From contig OZ024742.1 of the NCBI GenBank assembly GCA_964016885.1, positions 259,036,001 through 259,100,000 of the forward strand: 64,000 nt of DNA, written 5' to 3'. Shown piece by piece: positions 39,601 through 57,600 of the stretch. The position numbers were made by a program, and so were the translations under genes. Numbering within the stretch: position 1 is the first letter of the stretch; each line of letters opens with the position of its first letter. The stretch comes from Eledone cirrhosa. Lineage: Eukaryota. Below the pieces are notes generated by a model, which saw only the letters and a program-made list of their open reading frames with translations, was not told the DNA's origin and made no database searches.

Positions 39601-42600
39601 TTACTAAGACTATCACAGCAATAAGCAACACCAACATCATTACTAATGACAACACAGCAATAACCAGCTCTAACATCATAACTAAGAATATCACAGCAAT
39701 AAGCAATACCAACATCATTACTAATGGCAACACAGCAATAACCAGATCTAACATCATTACTAAGGCTATCACTGCAATAAGCAATACCAACATCATTACT
39801 AATGACAACACAGCAATAACCAGCTCTAACATCGTTACTAGGACTATGACAGCAATAATCAACAACACCATCATTACTAATGACAACACAGCAATAACCA
39901 ACTCTAACATCATAACTAAGACTATCACAGCAATAAGCAACACCAACATCATTACTAATGACAACACAGCAATAAGCAACACTAACATCATTACTAACGG
40001 CAACGCAGCAATAACCAATTCTAACATCATTACTAAGACTATCGCAGCAATAAGCAACACCAACATCATTACTAATAGCAACGCAGCAATAACCAGCTCT
40101 AACATCATAAGTAAGACTATCACAGCAATAAGCAACACCAACATCATTACTAATGACAACATAGCAATAACCAGCTCTAACATCATAACTAAGACTATCA
40201 CAGCAATAAGCAACACCAACATCATTACTAATGGCAACGCAGCAATAACCAGCTCAAACATCATAACTAAGACTATCACAGCAATAAGCAACACCAACAT
40301 CATTACTAATGACAACATAGCAATAACCAGCTCTAACATCATAACTAAGACTATCACAGCAATAAGCAACACCAACATCATTACTAATGACAACACAGCA
40401 ATAAGAAACACCAACATCATATCTAAGACTATCACAGCACTAAGCAACAACATCATTACTAAGTGCAACACAGCAATAAACAGCTCTAACATCATTACTA
40501 AGACTATCACAGCAATAAGCAACACCAACACCATTACTAATGACAACACAGCAATAAACAACTCTAACATCATAACTAAGAATATCACAGCAATAAGCAA
40601 TACCAACATCATTACTAATGACAACACAGCAATAACCAGCTCTAACATCATAACTAAGAATATCACAGCAATAAGCAATACCAACATCATTACTAATGGC
40701 AACACAGCAATAACCAGCTCTAACATCATTACTAAGACTATCACAGCAATAAGCAACACCAACATCATTACTAATGACAACACAGCAATAACCAGCTCTA
40801 ACATCATAACTAAGAATATCACAGCAATAAGCAATACCAACATCATTACTAATGACAACATAGCAATAACCAGCTCTAACATCATAACTAAGACTATCAC
40901 AGCAATAAGCAACACCAACATCATTACTAATGACAACACAGCAATAAGAAACACCAACATCATATCTAAGACTATCACAGCACTAAGCAGCAACATCATT
41001 ACTAAGTGCAACACAGCAATAAACAGCTCTAACATCATTACTAAGACTATCACAGCAATAAGCAACACCAACACCATTACTAATGACAACACAGCAATAA
41101 ACAACTCTAACATCATAACTAAGAATATCACAGCAATAAGCAATACCAACATCATTACTAATGACAACACAGCAATAACCAGCTCTAACATCATAACTAA
41201 GACTATCACAGCAATAAGCAACACCAACATCATTACTAATGGCAACACAGCAATAACCAGCTCAAACATCATTACTAAGACTATCACAGCAATAAGCAAC
41301 ACCAACATCATTACTAATGGCAACACAGCAATAACCAGCTCTAACACCATAACTAAGACTATCACAGCAATAAGCAACACCAACATCATTACTAATGGCA
41401 ACACAGCAATAACCAGCTCTAACATCATTACTAAGACTATCACAGCAATAAGCAACACCAACATCATTACTAGAGACAACACAGCAATAAACAACTCTAA
41501 CATCATTACTAAGACTATCACAGCAATAAGCAACACCAAAATCATTACTAATCGCAACACAGCAATAACCAGCTCTAACATCATTACTAAGACTATCACA
41601 GCAATAAGCAACACCAACATCATTACTAATGGCAACACAGCAATAACCAGCTCTAACACCATAACTAAGACTATCACAGCAATAAGCAACACCAACATCA
41701 TTACTAATGGCAACACAGCAATAACCAGCTCTAACATCATTACTAAGACTATCACAGCAATAAGCAACACCAACATCATTACTAGAGACAACACAGCAAT
41801 AAACAACTCTAACATCATTACTAAGACTATCACAGCAATAAGCAACACCAACATCATTACTAATGGCAACACAGCAATAACCAGCTCTAACATCATTACT
41901 AAGACTATCACAGCAATAAGCAACACCAACATCATTACTAATGCCAACACAGCAATAAACAACTCTAACATCATAACTAAGACTATCACAGCAATAAGCA
42001 ACACCAACATCATTACTAGAGACAACACAGCAATAACCAGCTCTAACATCATAACTAAGACTATCACAGCAATAATCAACACCAACATCATTACTAATGC
42101 CAACACAGCAATAAACAACTCTAACATCATAACTAGGACTATCACAGCAATAAGCAACACCAACATCATTACTAATGGCAACACAGCAATAACCAACTCT
42201 AACATCATAACTAAGACTATCACAGCAATAAGCAACACCAACATCATTACTAGAGACAACACAGCAATAACCAACTCTAACATCATTACTAAGACTATCA
42301 CAGCAATAAGCAACACCAACATCATTACTAATGGCAACACAGCAATAACCAGCTCTAACATCATTACTAAGACTATCACTGCAATAAGCAACACCAACAT
42401 CATTACTAATGACAAGGCAGGAATAACCAGCTCTAACATCATTACTAAGACTATCACAGCAATAAGAAACACCAACATCATTACTAATGGCAACACAGCA
42501 ATAAACAACTCTAACATCATAACTAAGACTATCACAGCAATAAGCAATACCAACATCATTACTAATAACAACACAGCAATAAACAACTCTAACATCATAA

Positions 42601-45600
42601 CTAAGAATATCACAGCAATAAGCAATACCAACATCATTACTAATGACAACACAGCAATAACCAGCTCTAACATCATAACTAAGAATATCACAGCAATAAG
42701 CAATACCAACATCATTACTAATGGCAACACAGCAATAACCAGCTCTAACATCATTACTAAGACTATCACAGCAATAAGCAACACCAACATCATTACTAAT
42801 GACAACACAGCAATAACCAGCTCTAACATCATAACTAAGAATATCACAGCAATAAGCAATACCAACATCATTACTAATGGCAACACAGCAATAACCAGAT
42901 CTAACATCATTACTAAAGCTATCACTGCAATAAGCAATACCAACATCATTACTAATGACAACACAGCAATAACCAGCTCTAAAATCATAACTAAGACTAT
43001 CACAGCAATAAGCAACAACACCATCATTACTAATGACAACACAGCAATAACCAACTCTAACATCATAACTAAGACTATCACAGCAATAAGCAATACTAAC
43101 ATCATTACTAATGGCAACATAGCAATAACCAGCTCTAACATCATTACTAAGACTATCCCAGCAATAAGCAACACAAACATCATTACTAATGGCAACGCAG
43201 CAATAACCAACTCTAACATCATAACTAAGACTATCACAGCAATAAGCAACACCAACATCATTACTAATGACAACACAGCAATAAGCAACACTAACATCAT
43301 TACTAATGGCAACGCAGCAATAACCAATTCTAACATCATTACTAAGACTATCGCAGCAATAAGCAACACCAACATCATTACTAATAGCAACGCAGCAATA
43401 ACCAGCTCTAACATCATAAGTAAGACTATCACAGCAATAAGCAACACCAACATCATTACTAATGACAACATAGCAATAACCAGCTCTAACATCATAACTA
43501 AGACTATCACAGCAATAAGCAACACCAACATCATTACTAATGGCAACGCAGCAATAACCAGCTCAAACATCATAACTAAGACTATCACAGCAATAAGCAA
43601 CACCAACATCATTACTAATGACAACATAGCAATAACCAGCTCTAACATCATAACTAAGACTATCACAGCAATAAGCAACACCAACATCATTACTAATGAC
43701 AACACAGCAATAAGAAACACCAACATCATATCTAAGACTATCACAGCACTAAGCAACAACATCATTACTAAGTGCAACACAGCAATAAACAGCTCTAACA
43801 TCATTACTAAGACTATCACAGCAATAAGCAACACCAACACCATTACTAATGACAACACAGCAATAAACAACTCTAACATCATAACTAAGAATATCACAGC
43901 AATAAGCAATACCAACATCATTACTAATGACAACACAGCAATAACCAGCTCTAACATCATAACTAAGAATATCACAGCAATAAGCAATACCAACATCATT
44001 ACTAATGGCAACACAGCAATAACCAGCTCTAACATCATTACTAAGACTATCACAGCAATAAGCAACACCAACATCATTACTAATGACAACACAGCAATAA
44101 CCAGCTCTAACATCATAACTAAGAATATCACAGCAATAAGCAATACCAACATCATTACTAATGACAACATAGCAATAACCAGCTCTAACATCATAACTAA
44201 GACTATCACAGCAATAAGCAACACCAACATCATTACTAATGACAACACAGCAATAAGAAACACCAACATCATATCTAAGACTATCACAGCACTAAGCAAC
44301 AACATCATTACTAAGTGCAACACAGCAATAAACAGCTCTAACATCATTACTAAGACTATCACAGCAATAAGCAACACCAACACCATTACTAATGACAACA
44401 CAGCAATAAACAACTCTAACATCATAACTAAGAATATCACAGCAATAAGCAATACCAACATCATTACTAATGACAACACAGCAATAACCAGCTCTAACAT
44501 CATAACTAAGACTATCACAGCAATAAGCAACACCAACATCATTACTAATAGCAACACAGCAATAACCAGCTCTAACATCATAACTAAGACTATCACAGCA
44601 ATAAGCAACACCAACATCATTACTAATGACAACACAGCAATAAGAAACACCAACATCATATCTAAGACTATCACAGCACTAAGCAACAACATCATTACTA
44701 AGTGCAACACAGCAATAAACAGCTCTAACATCATTACTAAGACTATCACAGCAATAAGCAACACCAACACCATTACTAATGACAACACAGCAATAAACAA
44801 CTCTAACATCATAACTAAGAATATCACAGCAATAAGCAATACCAACATCATTACTAATGACAACACAGCAATAACCAGCTCTAACATCATAACTAAGAAT
44901 ATCACAGCAATAAGCAATACCAACATCATTACTAATGGCAACACAGCAATAACCAGCTCTAACATCATTACTAAGACTATCACAGCAATAAGCAACACCA
45001 ACATCATTACTAATGACAACACAGCAATAACCAGCTCTAACATCATAACTAAGAATATCACAGCAATAAGCAATACCAACATCATTACTAATGACAACAT
45101 AGCAATAACCAGCTCTAACATCATAACTAAGACTATCGCAGCAATAAGCAACACCAACATCATTACTAATGACAACACAGCAATAAGAAACACCAACATC
45201 ATATCTAAGACTATCACAGCACTAAGCAACAACATCATTACTAAGTGCAACACAGCAATAAACAGCTCTAACATCATTACTAAGACTATCACAGCAATAA
45301 GCAACACCAACACCATTACTAATGACAACACAGCAATAAACAACTCTAACATCATAACTAAGAATATCACAGCAATAAGCAATACCAACATCATTACTAA
45401 TGACAACACAGCAATAACCAGCTCTAACATCATAACTAAGACTATCACAGCAATAAGCAACACCAACATCATTACTAATGGCAACACAGCAATAACCAGC
45501 TCTAACATCATTACTAAGACTATCACAGCAATAAGCAACACCAACATCATTACTAATGGCAACACAGCAATAACCAGCTCTAACACCATAACTAAGACTA

Positions 45601-48600
45601 TCACAGCAATAAGCAACACCAACATCATTACTAATGGCAACACAGCAATAACCAGCTCTAACATCATTACTAAGACTATCACAGCAATAAGCAACACCAA
45701 CATCATTACTAGAGACAACACAGCAATAAACAACTCTAACATCATTACTAAGACTATCACAGCAATAAGCAACACCAAAAGCATTACTAATGGCAACACA
45801 GCAATAACCAGCTCTAACATCATTACTAAGACTATCACAGCAATAAGCAACACCAGCATCATTACTAATGGCAACACAGCAATAACCAGCTCTAACACCA
45901 TAACTAAGACTATCACAGCAATAAGCAACACCAACATCATTACTAATGGCAACACAGCAATAACCAGCTCTAACATCATTACTAAGACTATCACAGCAAT
46001 AAGCAACACCAACATCATTACTAGAGACAACACAGCAATAAACAACTCTAACATCATTACTAAGACTATCACAGCAATAAGCAACACCAACATCATTACT
46101 AATGGCAACACAGCAATAACCAGCTCTAACATCATTACTAAGACTATCACAGCAATAAGCAACACCAACATCATTACTAGAGACAACACAGCAATAACCA
46201 GCTCTAACATCATAACTAAGACTATCACAGCAATAATCAACACCAACATCATTACTAATGCCAACACAGCAATAAACAACTCTAACATCATAACTAGGAC
46301 TATCACAGCAATAAGCAACACCAACATCATTACTAATGGCAACACAGCAATAACCAACTCTAACATCATAACTAAGACTATCACAGCAATAAGCAACACC
46401 AACATCATTACTAGAGACAACACAGCAATAAGCAATACCAACATCATTACTAATGGCAACACAGCAATAACCAGATCTAACATCATTACTAAGGCTATCA
46501 CTGCAATAAGCAATACCAACATCATTACTAATGACAACACAGCAATAACCAGCTCTAAAATCATAACTAAGACTATCACAGCAATAAGCAACAACACCAT
46601 CATTACTAATGACAACACAGCAATAACCAACTCTAACATCATAACTAAGACTATCACAGCAATAAGCAATACTAACATCATTACTAATGGCAACATAGCA
46701 ATAACCAGCTCTAACATCATTACTAAGACTATCCCAGCAATAAGCAACACAAACATCATTACTAATGGCAACGCAGCAATAACCAACTCTAACATCATAA
46801 CTAAGACTATCACAGCAATAAGCAACACCAACATCATTACTAATGACAACACAGCAATAAGCAACACTAACATCATTACTAATGGCAACGCAGCAATAAC
46901 CAATTCTAACATCATTACTAAGACTATCGCAGCAATAAGCAACACCAACATCATTACTAATAGCAACGCAGCAATAACCAGCTCTAACATCATAAGTAAG
47001 ACTATCACAGCAATAAGCAACACCAACATCATTACTAATGACAACATAGCAATAACCAGCTCTAACATCATAACTAAGACTATCACAGCAATAAGCAACA
47101 CCAACATCATTACTAATGGCAACGCAGCAATAACCAGCTCAAACATCATAACTAAGACTATCACAGCAATAAGCAACACCAACATCATTACTAATGACAA
47201 CATAGCAATAACCAGCTCTAACATCATAACTAAGACTATCACAGCAATAAGCAACACCAACATCATTACTAATGACAACACAGCAATAAGAAACACCAAC
47301 ATCATATCTAAGACTATCACAGCACTAAGCAACAACATCATTACTAAGTGCAACACAGCAATAAACAGCTCTAACATCATTACTAAGACTATCACAGCAA
47401 TAAGCAACACCAACACCATTACTAATGACAACACAGCAATAAACAACTCTAACATCATAACTAAGAATATCACAGCAATAAGCAATACCAACATCATTAC
47501 TAATGACAACACAGCAATAACCAGCTCTAACATCATAACTAAGAATATCACAGCAATAAGCAATACCAACATCATTACTAATGGCAACACAGCAATAACC
47601 AGCTCTAACATCATTACTAAGACTATCACAGCAATAAGCAACACCAACATCATTACTAATGACAACACAGCAATAACCAGCTCTAACATCATAACTAAGA
47701 ATATCACAGCAATAAGCAATACCAACATCATTACTAATGACAACATAGCAATAACCAGCTCTAACATCATAACTAAGACTATCACAGCAATAAGCAACAC
47801 CAACATCATTACTAATGACAACACAGCAATAAGAAACACCAACATCATATCTAAGACTATCACAGCACTAAGCAACAACATCATTACTAAGTGCAACACA
47901 GCAATAAACAGCTCTAACATCATTACTAAGACTATCACAGCAATAAGCAACACCAACACCATTACTAATGACAACACAGCAATAAACAACTCTAACATCA
48001 TAACTAAGAATATCACAGCAATAAGCAATACCAACATCATTACTAATGACAACACAGCAATAACCAGCTCTAACATCATAACTAAGACTATCACAGCAAT
48101 AAGCAACACCAACATCATTACTAATGGCAACACAGCAATAACCAGCTCTAACATCATTACTAAGACTATCACAGCAATAAGCAACACCAACATCATTACT
48201 AATGGCAACACAGCAATAACCAGCTCTAACACCATAACTAAGACTATCACAGCAATAAGCAACACCAACATCATTACTAATGGCAACACAGCAATAACCA
48301 GCTCTAACATCATTACTAAGACTATCACAGCAATAAGCAACACCAACATCATTACTAGAGACAACACAGCAATAAACAACTCTAACATCATTACTAAGAC
48401 TATCACAGCAATAAGCAACACCAAAAGCATTACTAATGGCAACACAGCAATAACCAGCTCTAACATCATTACTAAGACTATCACAGCAATAAGCAACACC
48501 AACATCATTACTAATGGCAACACAGCAATAACCAGCTCTAACACCATAACTAAGACTGTCACAGCAATAAGCAACACCAACATCATTACTAATGGCAACA

Positions 48601-51600
48601 CAGCAATAACCAGCTCTAACATCATTACTAAGACTATCACAGCAATAAGCAACACCAACATCATTACTAGAGACAACACAGCAATAAACAACTCTAACAT
48701 CATTACTAAGACTATCACAGCAATAAGCAACACCAACATCATTACTAATGGCAACACAGCAATAACCAGCTCTAACATCATTACTAAGACTATCACAGCA
48801 ATAAGCAACACCAACATCATTACTAATGCCAACACAGCAATAAACAACTCTAACATCATAACTAAGACTATCACAGCAATAAGCAACACCAACATCATTA
48901 CTAGAGACAACACAGCAATAACCAGCTCTAACATCATAACTAAGACTATCACAGCAATAATCAACACCAACATCATTACTAATGCCAACACAGCAATAAA
49001 CAACTCTAACATCATAACTAGGACTATCACAGCAATAAGCAACACCAACATCATTACTAATGGCAACACAGCAATAACCAACTCTAACATCATAACTAAG
49101 ACTATCACAGCAATAAGCAACACCAACATCATTACTAGAGACAACACAGCAATAACCAACTCTAACATCATTACTAAGACTATCACAGCAATAAGCAACA
49201 CCAACATCATTACTAATGGCAACACAGCAATAACCAGCTCTAACATCATTACTAAGACTATCACTGCAATAAGCAACACCAACATCATTACTAATGACAA
49301 GGCAGAAATAACCAGCTCTAACATCATTACTAAGACTATCACAGCAATAAGCAACACCAACATCATTACTAATGGCAACACAGCAATAAACAACTCTAAC
49401 ATCATAACTAAGACTATCACAGCAATAAGCAATACCAACATCATTAATAATGACAACACAGCAATAAACAACTCTAACATCATAACTAAGAATATCACAG
49501 CAATAAGCAATACCAACATCATTACTAATGACAACACAGCAATAACCAGCTCTAACATCATAACTAAGAATATCACAGCAATAAGCAATACCAACATCAT
49601 TACTAATGGCAACACAGCAATAACCAGCTCTAACATCATTACTAAGACTATCACAGCAATAAGCAACACCAACATCATTACTAATGACAACACAGCAATA
49701 ACCAGCTCTAACATCATAACTAAGACTAACACAGCAATAAGCAACACCAACATCATTACTAATGACAACACAGCAATAAGAAACACCAACATCATATCTA
49801 AGACTATCACAGCACTAAGCAACAACATCATTACTAAGTGCAACACAGCAATAAACAGCTCTAACATCATTACTAAGACTATCACAGCAATAAGCAACAC
49901 CAACACCATTACTAATGACAACACAGCAATAAACAACTCTAACATCATAACTAAGAATATCACAGCAATAAGCAATACCAACATCATTACTAATGACAAC
50001 ACAGCAATAACCAGCTCTAACATCATAACTAAGAATATCACAGCAATAAGCAATACCAACATCATTACTAATGGCAACACAGCAATAACCAGCTCTAACA
50101 TCATTACTAAGACTATCACAGCAATAAGCAACACCAACATCATTACTAATGACAACACAGCAATAACCAGCTCTAACATCATAACTAAGAATATCACAGC
50201 AATAAGCAATACCAACATCATTACTAATGGCAACACAGCAATAACCAGATCTAACATCATTACTAAGGCTATCACAGCAATAAGCAATACCAACATCATT
50301 ACTAATGACAAAACAGCAATAACCAGCTCTAACATCGTTACTAAGACTATCACAGCAATAATCAACAACACCATCATTACTAATGACAACACAGCAATAA
50401 CCAGCTCTAACATCATAACTAAGAATATCACAGCAATAAGCAATACCAACATCATTACTAATGACAACATAGCAATAACCAGCTCTAACATCATAACTAA
50501 GACTATCACAGCAATAAGCAACACCAACATCATTACTAATGACAACACAGCAATAAGAAACACCAACATCATATCTAAGACTATCACAGCACTAAGCAAC
50601 AACATCATTACTAAGTGCAACACAGCAATAAACAGCTCTAACATCATTACTAAGACTATCACAGCAATAAGCAACACCAACACCATTACTAATGACAACA
50701 CAGCAATAAACAACTCTAACATCATAACTAAGAATATCACAGCAATAAGCAATACCAACATCATTACTAATGACAACACAGCAATAACCAGCTCTAACAT
50801 CATAACTAAGACTATCACAGCAATAAGCAACACCAACATCATTACTAATGGCAACACAGCAATAACCAGCTCTAACATCATTACTAAGACTATCACAGCA
50901 ATAAGCAACACCAACATCATTACTAATGGCAACACAGCAATAACCAGCTCTAACACCATAACTAAGACTATCACAGCAATAAGCAACACCAACATCATTA
51001 CTAATGGCAACACAGCAATAACCAGCTCTAACATCATTACTAAGACTATCACAGCAATAAGCAACACCAACATCATTACTAGAGACAACACAGCAATAAA
51101 CAACTCTAACATCATTACTAAGACTATCACAGCAATAAGCAACACCAAAAGCATTACTAATGGCAACACAGCAATAACCAGCTCTAACATCATTACTAAG
51201 ACTATCACAGCAATAAGCAACACCAGCATCATTACTAATGGCAACACAGCAATAACCAGCTCTAACACCATAACTAAGACTATCACAGCAATAAGCAACA
51301 CCAACATCATTACTAATGGCAACACAGCAATAACCAGCTCTAACATCATTACTAAGACTATCACAGCAATAAGCAACACCAACATCATTACTAGAGACAA
51401 CACAGCAATAAACAACTCTAACATCATTACTAAGACTATCACAGCAATAAGCAACACCAACATCATTACTAATGGCAACACAGCAATAACCAGCTCTAAC
51501 ATCATTACTAAGACTATCACAGCAATAAGCAACACCAACATCATTACTAGAGACAACACAGCAATAACCAGCTCTAACATCATAACTAAGACTATCACAG

Positions 51601-54600
51601 CAATAATCAACACCAACATCATTACTAATGCCAACACAGCAATAAACAACTCTAACATCATAACTAGGACTATCACAGCAATAAGCAACACCAACATCAT
51701 TACTAATGGCAACACAGCAATAACCAACTCTAACATCATAACTAAGACTATCACAGCAATAAGCAACACCAACATCATTACTAGAGACAACACAGCAATA
51801 AGCAATACCAACATCATTACTAATGGCAACACAGCAATAACCAGATCTAACATCATTACTAAGGCTATCACTGCAATAAGCAATACCAACATCATTACTA
51901 ATGACAACACAGCAATAACCAGCTCTAAAATCATAACTAAGACTATCACAGCAATAAGCAACAACACCATCATTACTAATGACAACACAGCAATAACCAA
52001 CTCTAACATCATAACTAAGACTATCACAGCAATAAGCAATACTAACATCATTACTAATGGCAACATAGCAATAACCAGCTCTAACATCATTACTAAGACT
52101 ATCCCAGCAATAAGCAACACAAACATCATTACTAATGGCAACGCAGCAATAACCAACTCTAACATCATAACTAAGACTATCACAGCAATAAGCAACACCA
52201 ACATCATTACTAATGACAACACAGCAATAAGCAACACTAACATCATTACTAATGGCAACGCAGCAATAACCAATTCTAACATCATTACTAAGACTATCGC
52301 AGCAATAAGCAACACCAACATCATTACTAATAGCAACGCAGCAATAACCAGCTCTAACATCATAAGTAAGACTATCACAGCAATAAGCAACACCAACATC
52401 ATTACTAATGACAACATAGCAATAACCAGCTCTAACATCATAACTAAGACTATCACAGCAATAAGCAACACCAACATCATTACTAATGGCAACGCAGCAA
52501 TAACCAGCTCAAACATCATAACTAAGACTATCACAGCAATAAGCAACACCAACATCATTACTAATGACAACATAGCAATAACCAGCTCTAACATCATAAC
52601 TAAGACTATCACAGCAATAAGCAACACCAACATCATTACTAATGACAACACAGCAATAAGAAACACCAACATCATATCTAAGACTATCACAGCACTAAGC
52701 AACAACATCATTACTAAGTGCAACACAGCAATAAACAGCTCTAACATCATTACTAAGACTATCACAGCAATAAGCAACACCAACACCATTACTAATGACA
52801 ACACAGCAATAAACAACTCTAACATCATAACTAAGAATATCACAGCAATAAGCAATACCAACATCATTACTAATGACAACACAGCAATAACCAGCTCTAA
52901 CATCATAACTAAGAATATCACAGCAATAAGCAATACCAACATCATTACTAATGGCAACACAGCAATAACCAGCTCTAACATCATTACTAAGACTATCACA
53001 GCAATAAGCAACACCAACATCATTACTAATGACAACACAGCAATAACCAGCTCTAACATCATAACTAAGAATATCACAGCAATAAGCAATACCAACATCA
53101 TTACTAATGACAACATAGCAATAACCAGCTCTAACATCATAACTAAGACTATCACAGCAATAAGCAACACCAACATCATTACTAATGACAACACAGCAAT
53201 AAGAAACACCAACATCATATCTAAGACTATCACAGCACTAAGCAACAACATCATTACTAAGTGCAACACAGCAATAAACAGCTCTAACATCATTACTAAG
53301 ACTATCACAGCAATAAGCAACACCAACACCATTACTAATGACAACACAGCAATAAACAACTCTAACATCATAACTAAGAATATCACAGCAATAAGCAATA
53401 CCAACATCATTACTAATGACAACACAGCAATAACCAGCTCTAACATCATAACTAAGACTATCACAGCAATAAGCAACACCAACATCATTACTAATGGCAA
53501 CACAGCAATAACCAGCTCTAACATCATTACTAAGACTATCACAGCAATAAGCAACACCAACATCATTACTAATGGCAACACAGCAATAACCAGCTCTAAC
53601 ACCATAACTAAGACTATCACAGCAATAAGCAACACCAACATCATTACTAATGGCAACACAGCAATAACCAGCTCTAACATCATTACTAAGACTATCACAG
53701 CAATAAGCAACACCAACATCATTACTAGAGACAACACAGCAATAAACAACTCTAACATCATTACTAAGACTATCACAGCAATAAGCAACACCAAAAGCAT
53801 TACTAATGGCAACACAGCAATAACCAGCTCTAACATCATTACTAAGACTATCACAGCAATAAGCAACACCAGCATCATTACTAATGGCAACACAGCAATA
53901 ACCAGCTCTAACACCATAACTAAGACTATCACAGCAATAAGCAACACCAACATCATTACTAATGGCAACACAGCAATAACCAGCTCTAACATCATTACTA
54001 AGACTATCACAGCAATAAGCAACACCAACATCATTACTAGAGACAACACAGCAATAAACAACTCTAACATCATTACTAAGACTATCACAGCAATAAGCAA
54101 CACCAACATCATTACTAATGGCAACACAGCAATAACCAGCTCTAACATCATTACTAAGACTATCACAGCAATAAGCAACACCAACATCATTACTAGAGAC
54201 AACACAGCAATAACCAGCTCTAACATCATAACTAAGACTATCACAGCAATAATCAACACCAACATCATTACTAATGCCAACACAGCAATAAACAACTCTA
54301 ACATCATAACTAGGACTATCACAGCAATAAGCAACACCAACATCATTACTAATGGCAACACAGCAATAACCAACTCTAACATCATAACTAAGACTATCAC
54401 AGCAATAAGCAACACCAACATCATTACTAGAGACAACACAGCAATAAGCAATACCAACATCATTACTAATGGCAACACAGCAATAACCAGATCTAACATC
54501 ATTACTAAGGCTATCACTGCAATAAGCAATACCAACATCATTACTAATGACAACACAGCAATAACCAGCTCTAAAATCATAACTAAGACTATCACAGCAA

Positions 54601-57600
54601 TAAGCAACAACACCATCATTACTAATGACAACACAGCAATAACCAACTCTAACATCATAACTAAGACTATCACAGCAATAAGCAATACTAACATCATTAC
54701 TAATGGCAACATAGCAATAACCAGCTCTAACATCATTACTAAGACTATCCCAGCAATAAGCAACACAAACATCATTACTAATGGCAACGCAGCAATAACC
54801 AACTCTAACATCATAACTAAGACTATCACAGCAATAAGCAACACCAACATCATTACTAATGACAACACAGCAATAAGCAACACTAACATCATTACTAATG
54901 GCAACGCAGCAATAACCAATTCTAACATCATTACTAAGACTATCGCAGCAATAAGCAACACCAACATCATTACTAATAGCAACGCAGCAATAACCAGCTC
55001 TAACATCATAAGTAAGACTATCACAGCAATAAGCAACACCAACATCATTACTAATGACAACATAGCAATAACCAGCTCTAACATCATAACTAAGACTATC
55101 ACAGCAATAAGCAACACCAACATCATTACTAATGGCAACGCAGCAATAACCAGCTCAAACATCATAACTAAGACTATCACAGCAATAAGCAACACCAACA
55201 TCATTACTAATGACAACATAGCAATAACCAGCTCTAACATCATAACTAAGACTATCACAGCAATAAGCAACACCAACATCATTACTAATGACAACACAGC
55301 AATAAGAAACACCAACATCATATCTAAGACTATCACAGCACTAAGCAACAACATCATTACTAAGTGCAACACAGCAATAAACAGCTCTAACATCATTACT
55401 AAGACTATCACAGCAATAAGCAACACCAACACCATTACTAATGACAACACAGCAATAAACAACTCTAACATCATAACTAAGAATATCACAGCAATAAGCA
55501 ATACCAACATCATTACTAATGACAACACAGCAATAACCAGCTCTAACATCATAACTAAGAATATCACAGCAATAAGCAATACCAACATCATTACTAATGG
55601 CAACACAGCAATAACCAGCTCTAACATCATTACTAAGACTATCACAGCAATAAGCAACACCAACATCATTACTAATGACAACACAGCAATAACCAGCTCT
55701 AACATCATAACTAAGAATATCACAGCAATAAGCAATACCAACATCATTACTAATGACAACATAGCAATAACCAGCTCTAACATCATAACTAAGACTATCA
55801 CAGCAATAAGCAACACCAACATCATTACTAATGACAACACAGCAATAAGAAACACCAACATCATATCTAAGACTATCACAGCACTAAGCAACAACATCAT
55901 TACTAAGTGCAACACAGCAATAAACAGCTCTAACATCATTACTAAGACTATCACAGCAATAAGCAACACCAACACCATTACTAATGACAACACAGCAATA
56001 AACAACTCTAACATCATAACTAAGAATATCACAGCAATAAGCAATACCAACATCATTACTAATGACAACACAGCAATAACCAGCTCTAACATCATAACTA
56101 AGACTATCACAGCAATAAGCAACACCAACATCATTACTAATGGCAACACAGCAATAACCAGCTCTAACATCATTACTAAGACTATCACAGCAATAAGCAA
56201 CACCAACATCATTACTAATGGCAACACAGCAATAACCAGCTCTAACACCATAACTAAGACTATCACAGCAATAAGCAACACCAACATCATTACTAATGGC
56301 AACACAGCAATAACCAGCTCTAACATCATTACTAAGACTATCACAGCAATAAGCAACACCAACATCATTACTAGAGACAACACAGCAATAAACAACTCTA
56401 ACATCATTACTAAGACTATCACAGCAATAAGCAACACCAAAAGCATTACTAATGGCAACACAGCAATAACCAGCTCTAACATCATTACTAAGACTATCAC
56501 AGCAATAAGCAACACCAACATCATTACTAATGGCAACACAGCAATAACCAGCTCTAACACCATAACTAAGACTGTCACAGCAATAAGCAACACCAACATC
56601 ATTACTAATGGCAACACAGCAATAACCAGCTCTAACATCATTACTAAGACTATCACAGCAATAAGCAACACCAACATCATTACTAGAGACAACACAGCAA
56701 TAAACAACTCTAACATCATTACTAAGACTATCACAGCAATAAGCAACACCAACATCATTACTAATGGCAACACAGCAATAACCAGCTCTAACATCATTAC
56801 TAAGACTATCACAGCAATAAGCAACACCAACATCATTACTAATGCCAACACAGCAATAAACAACTCTAACATCATAACTAAGACTATCACAGCAATAAGC
56901 AACACCAACATCATTACTAGAGACAACACAGCAATAACCAGCTCTAACATCATAACTAAGACTATCACAGCAATAATCAACACCAACATCATTACTAATG
57001 CCAACACAGCAATAAACAACTCTAACATCATAACTAGGACTATCACAGCAATAAGCAACACCAACATCATTACTAATGGCAACACAGCAATAACCAACTC
57101 TAACATCATAACTAAGACTATCACAGCAATAAGCAACACCAACATCATTACTAGAGACAACACAGCAATAACCAACTCTAACATCATTACTAAGACTATC
57201 ACAGCAATAAGCAACACCAACATCATTACTAATGGCAACACAGCAATAACCAGCTCTAACATCATTACTAAGACTATCACTGCAATAAGCAACACCAACA
57301 TCATTACTAATGACAAGGCAGAAATAACCAGCTCTAACATCATTACTAAGACTATCACAGCAATAAGCAACACCAACATCATTACTAATGGCAACACAGC
57401 AATAAACAACTCTAACATCATAACTAAGACTATCACAGCAATAAGCAATACCAACATCATTAATAATGACAACACAGCAATAAACAACTCTAACATCATA
57501 ACTAAGAATATCACAGCAATAAGCAATACCAACATCATTACTAATGACAACACAGCAATAACCAGCTCTAACATCATAACTAAGAATATCACAGCAATAA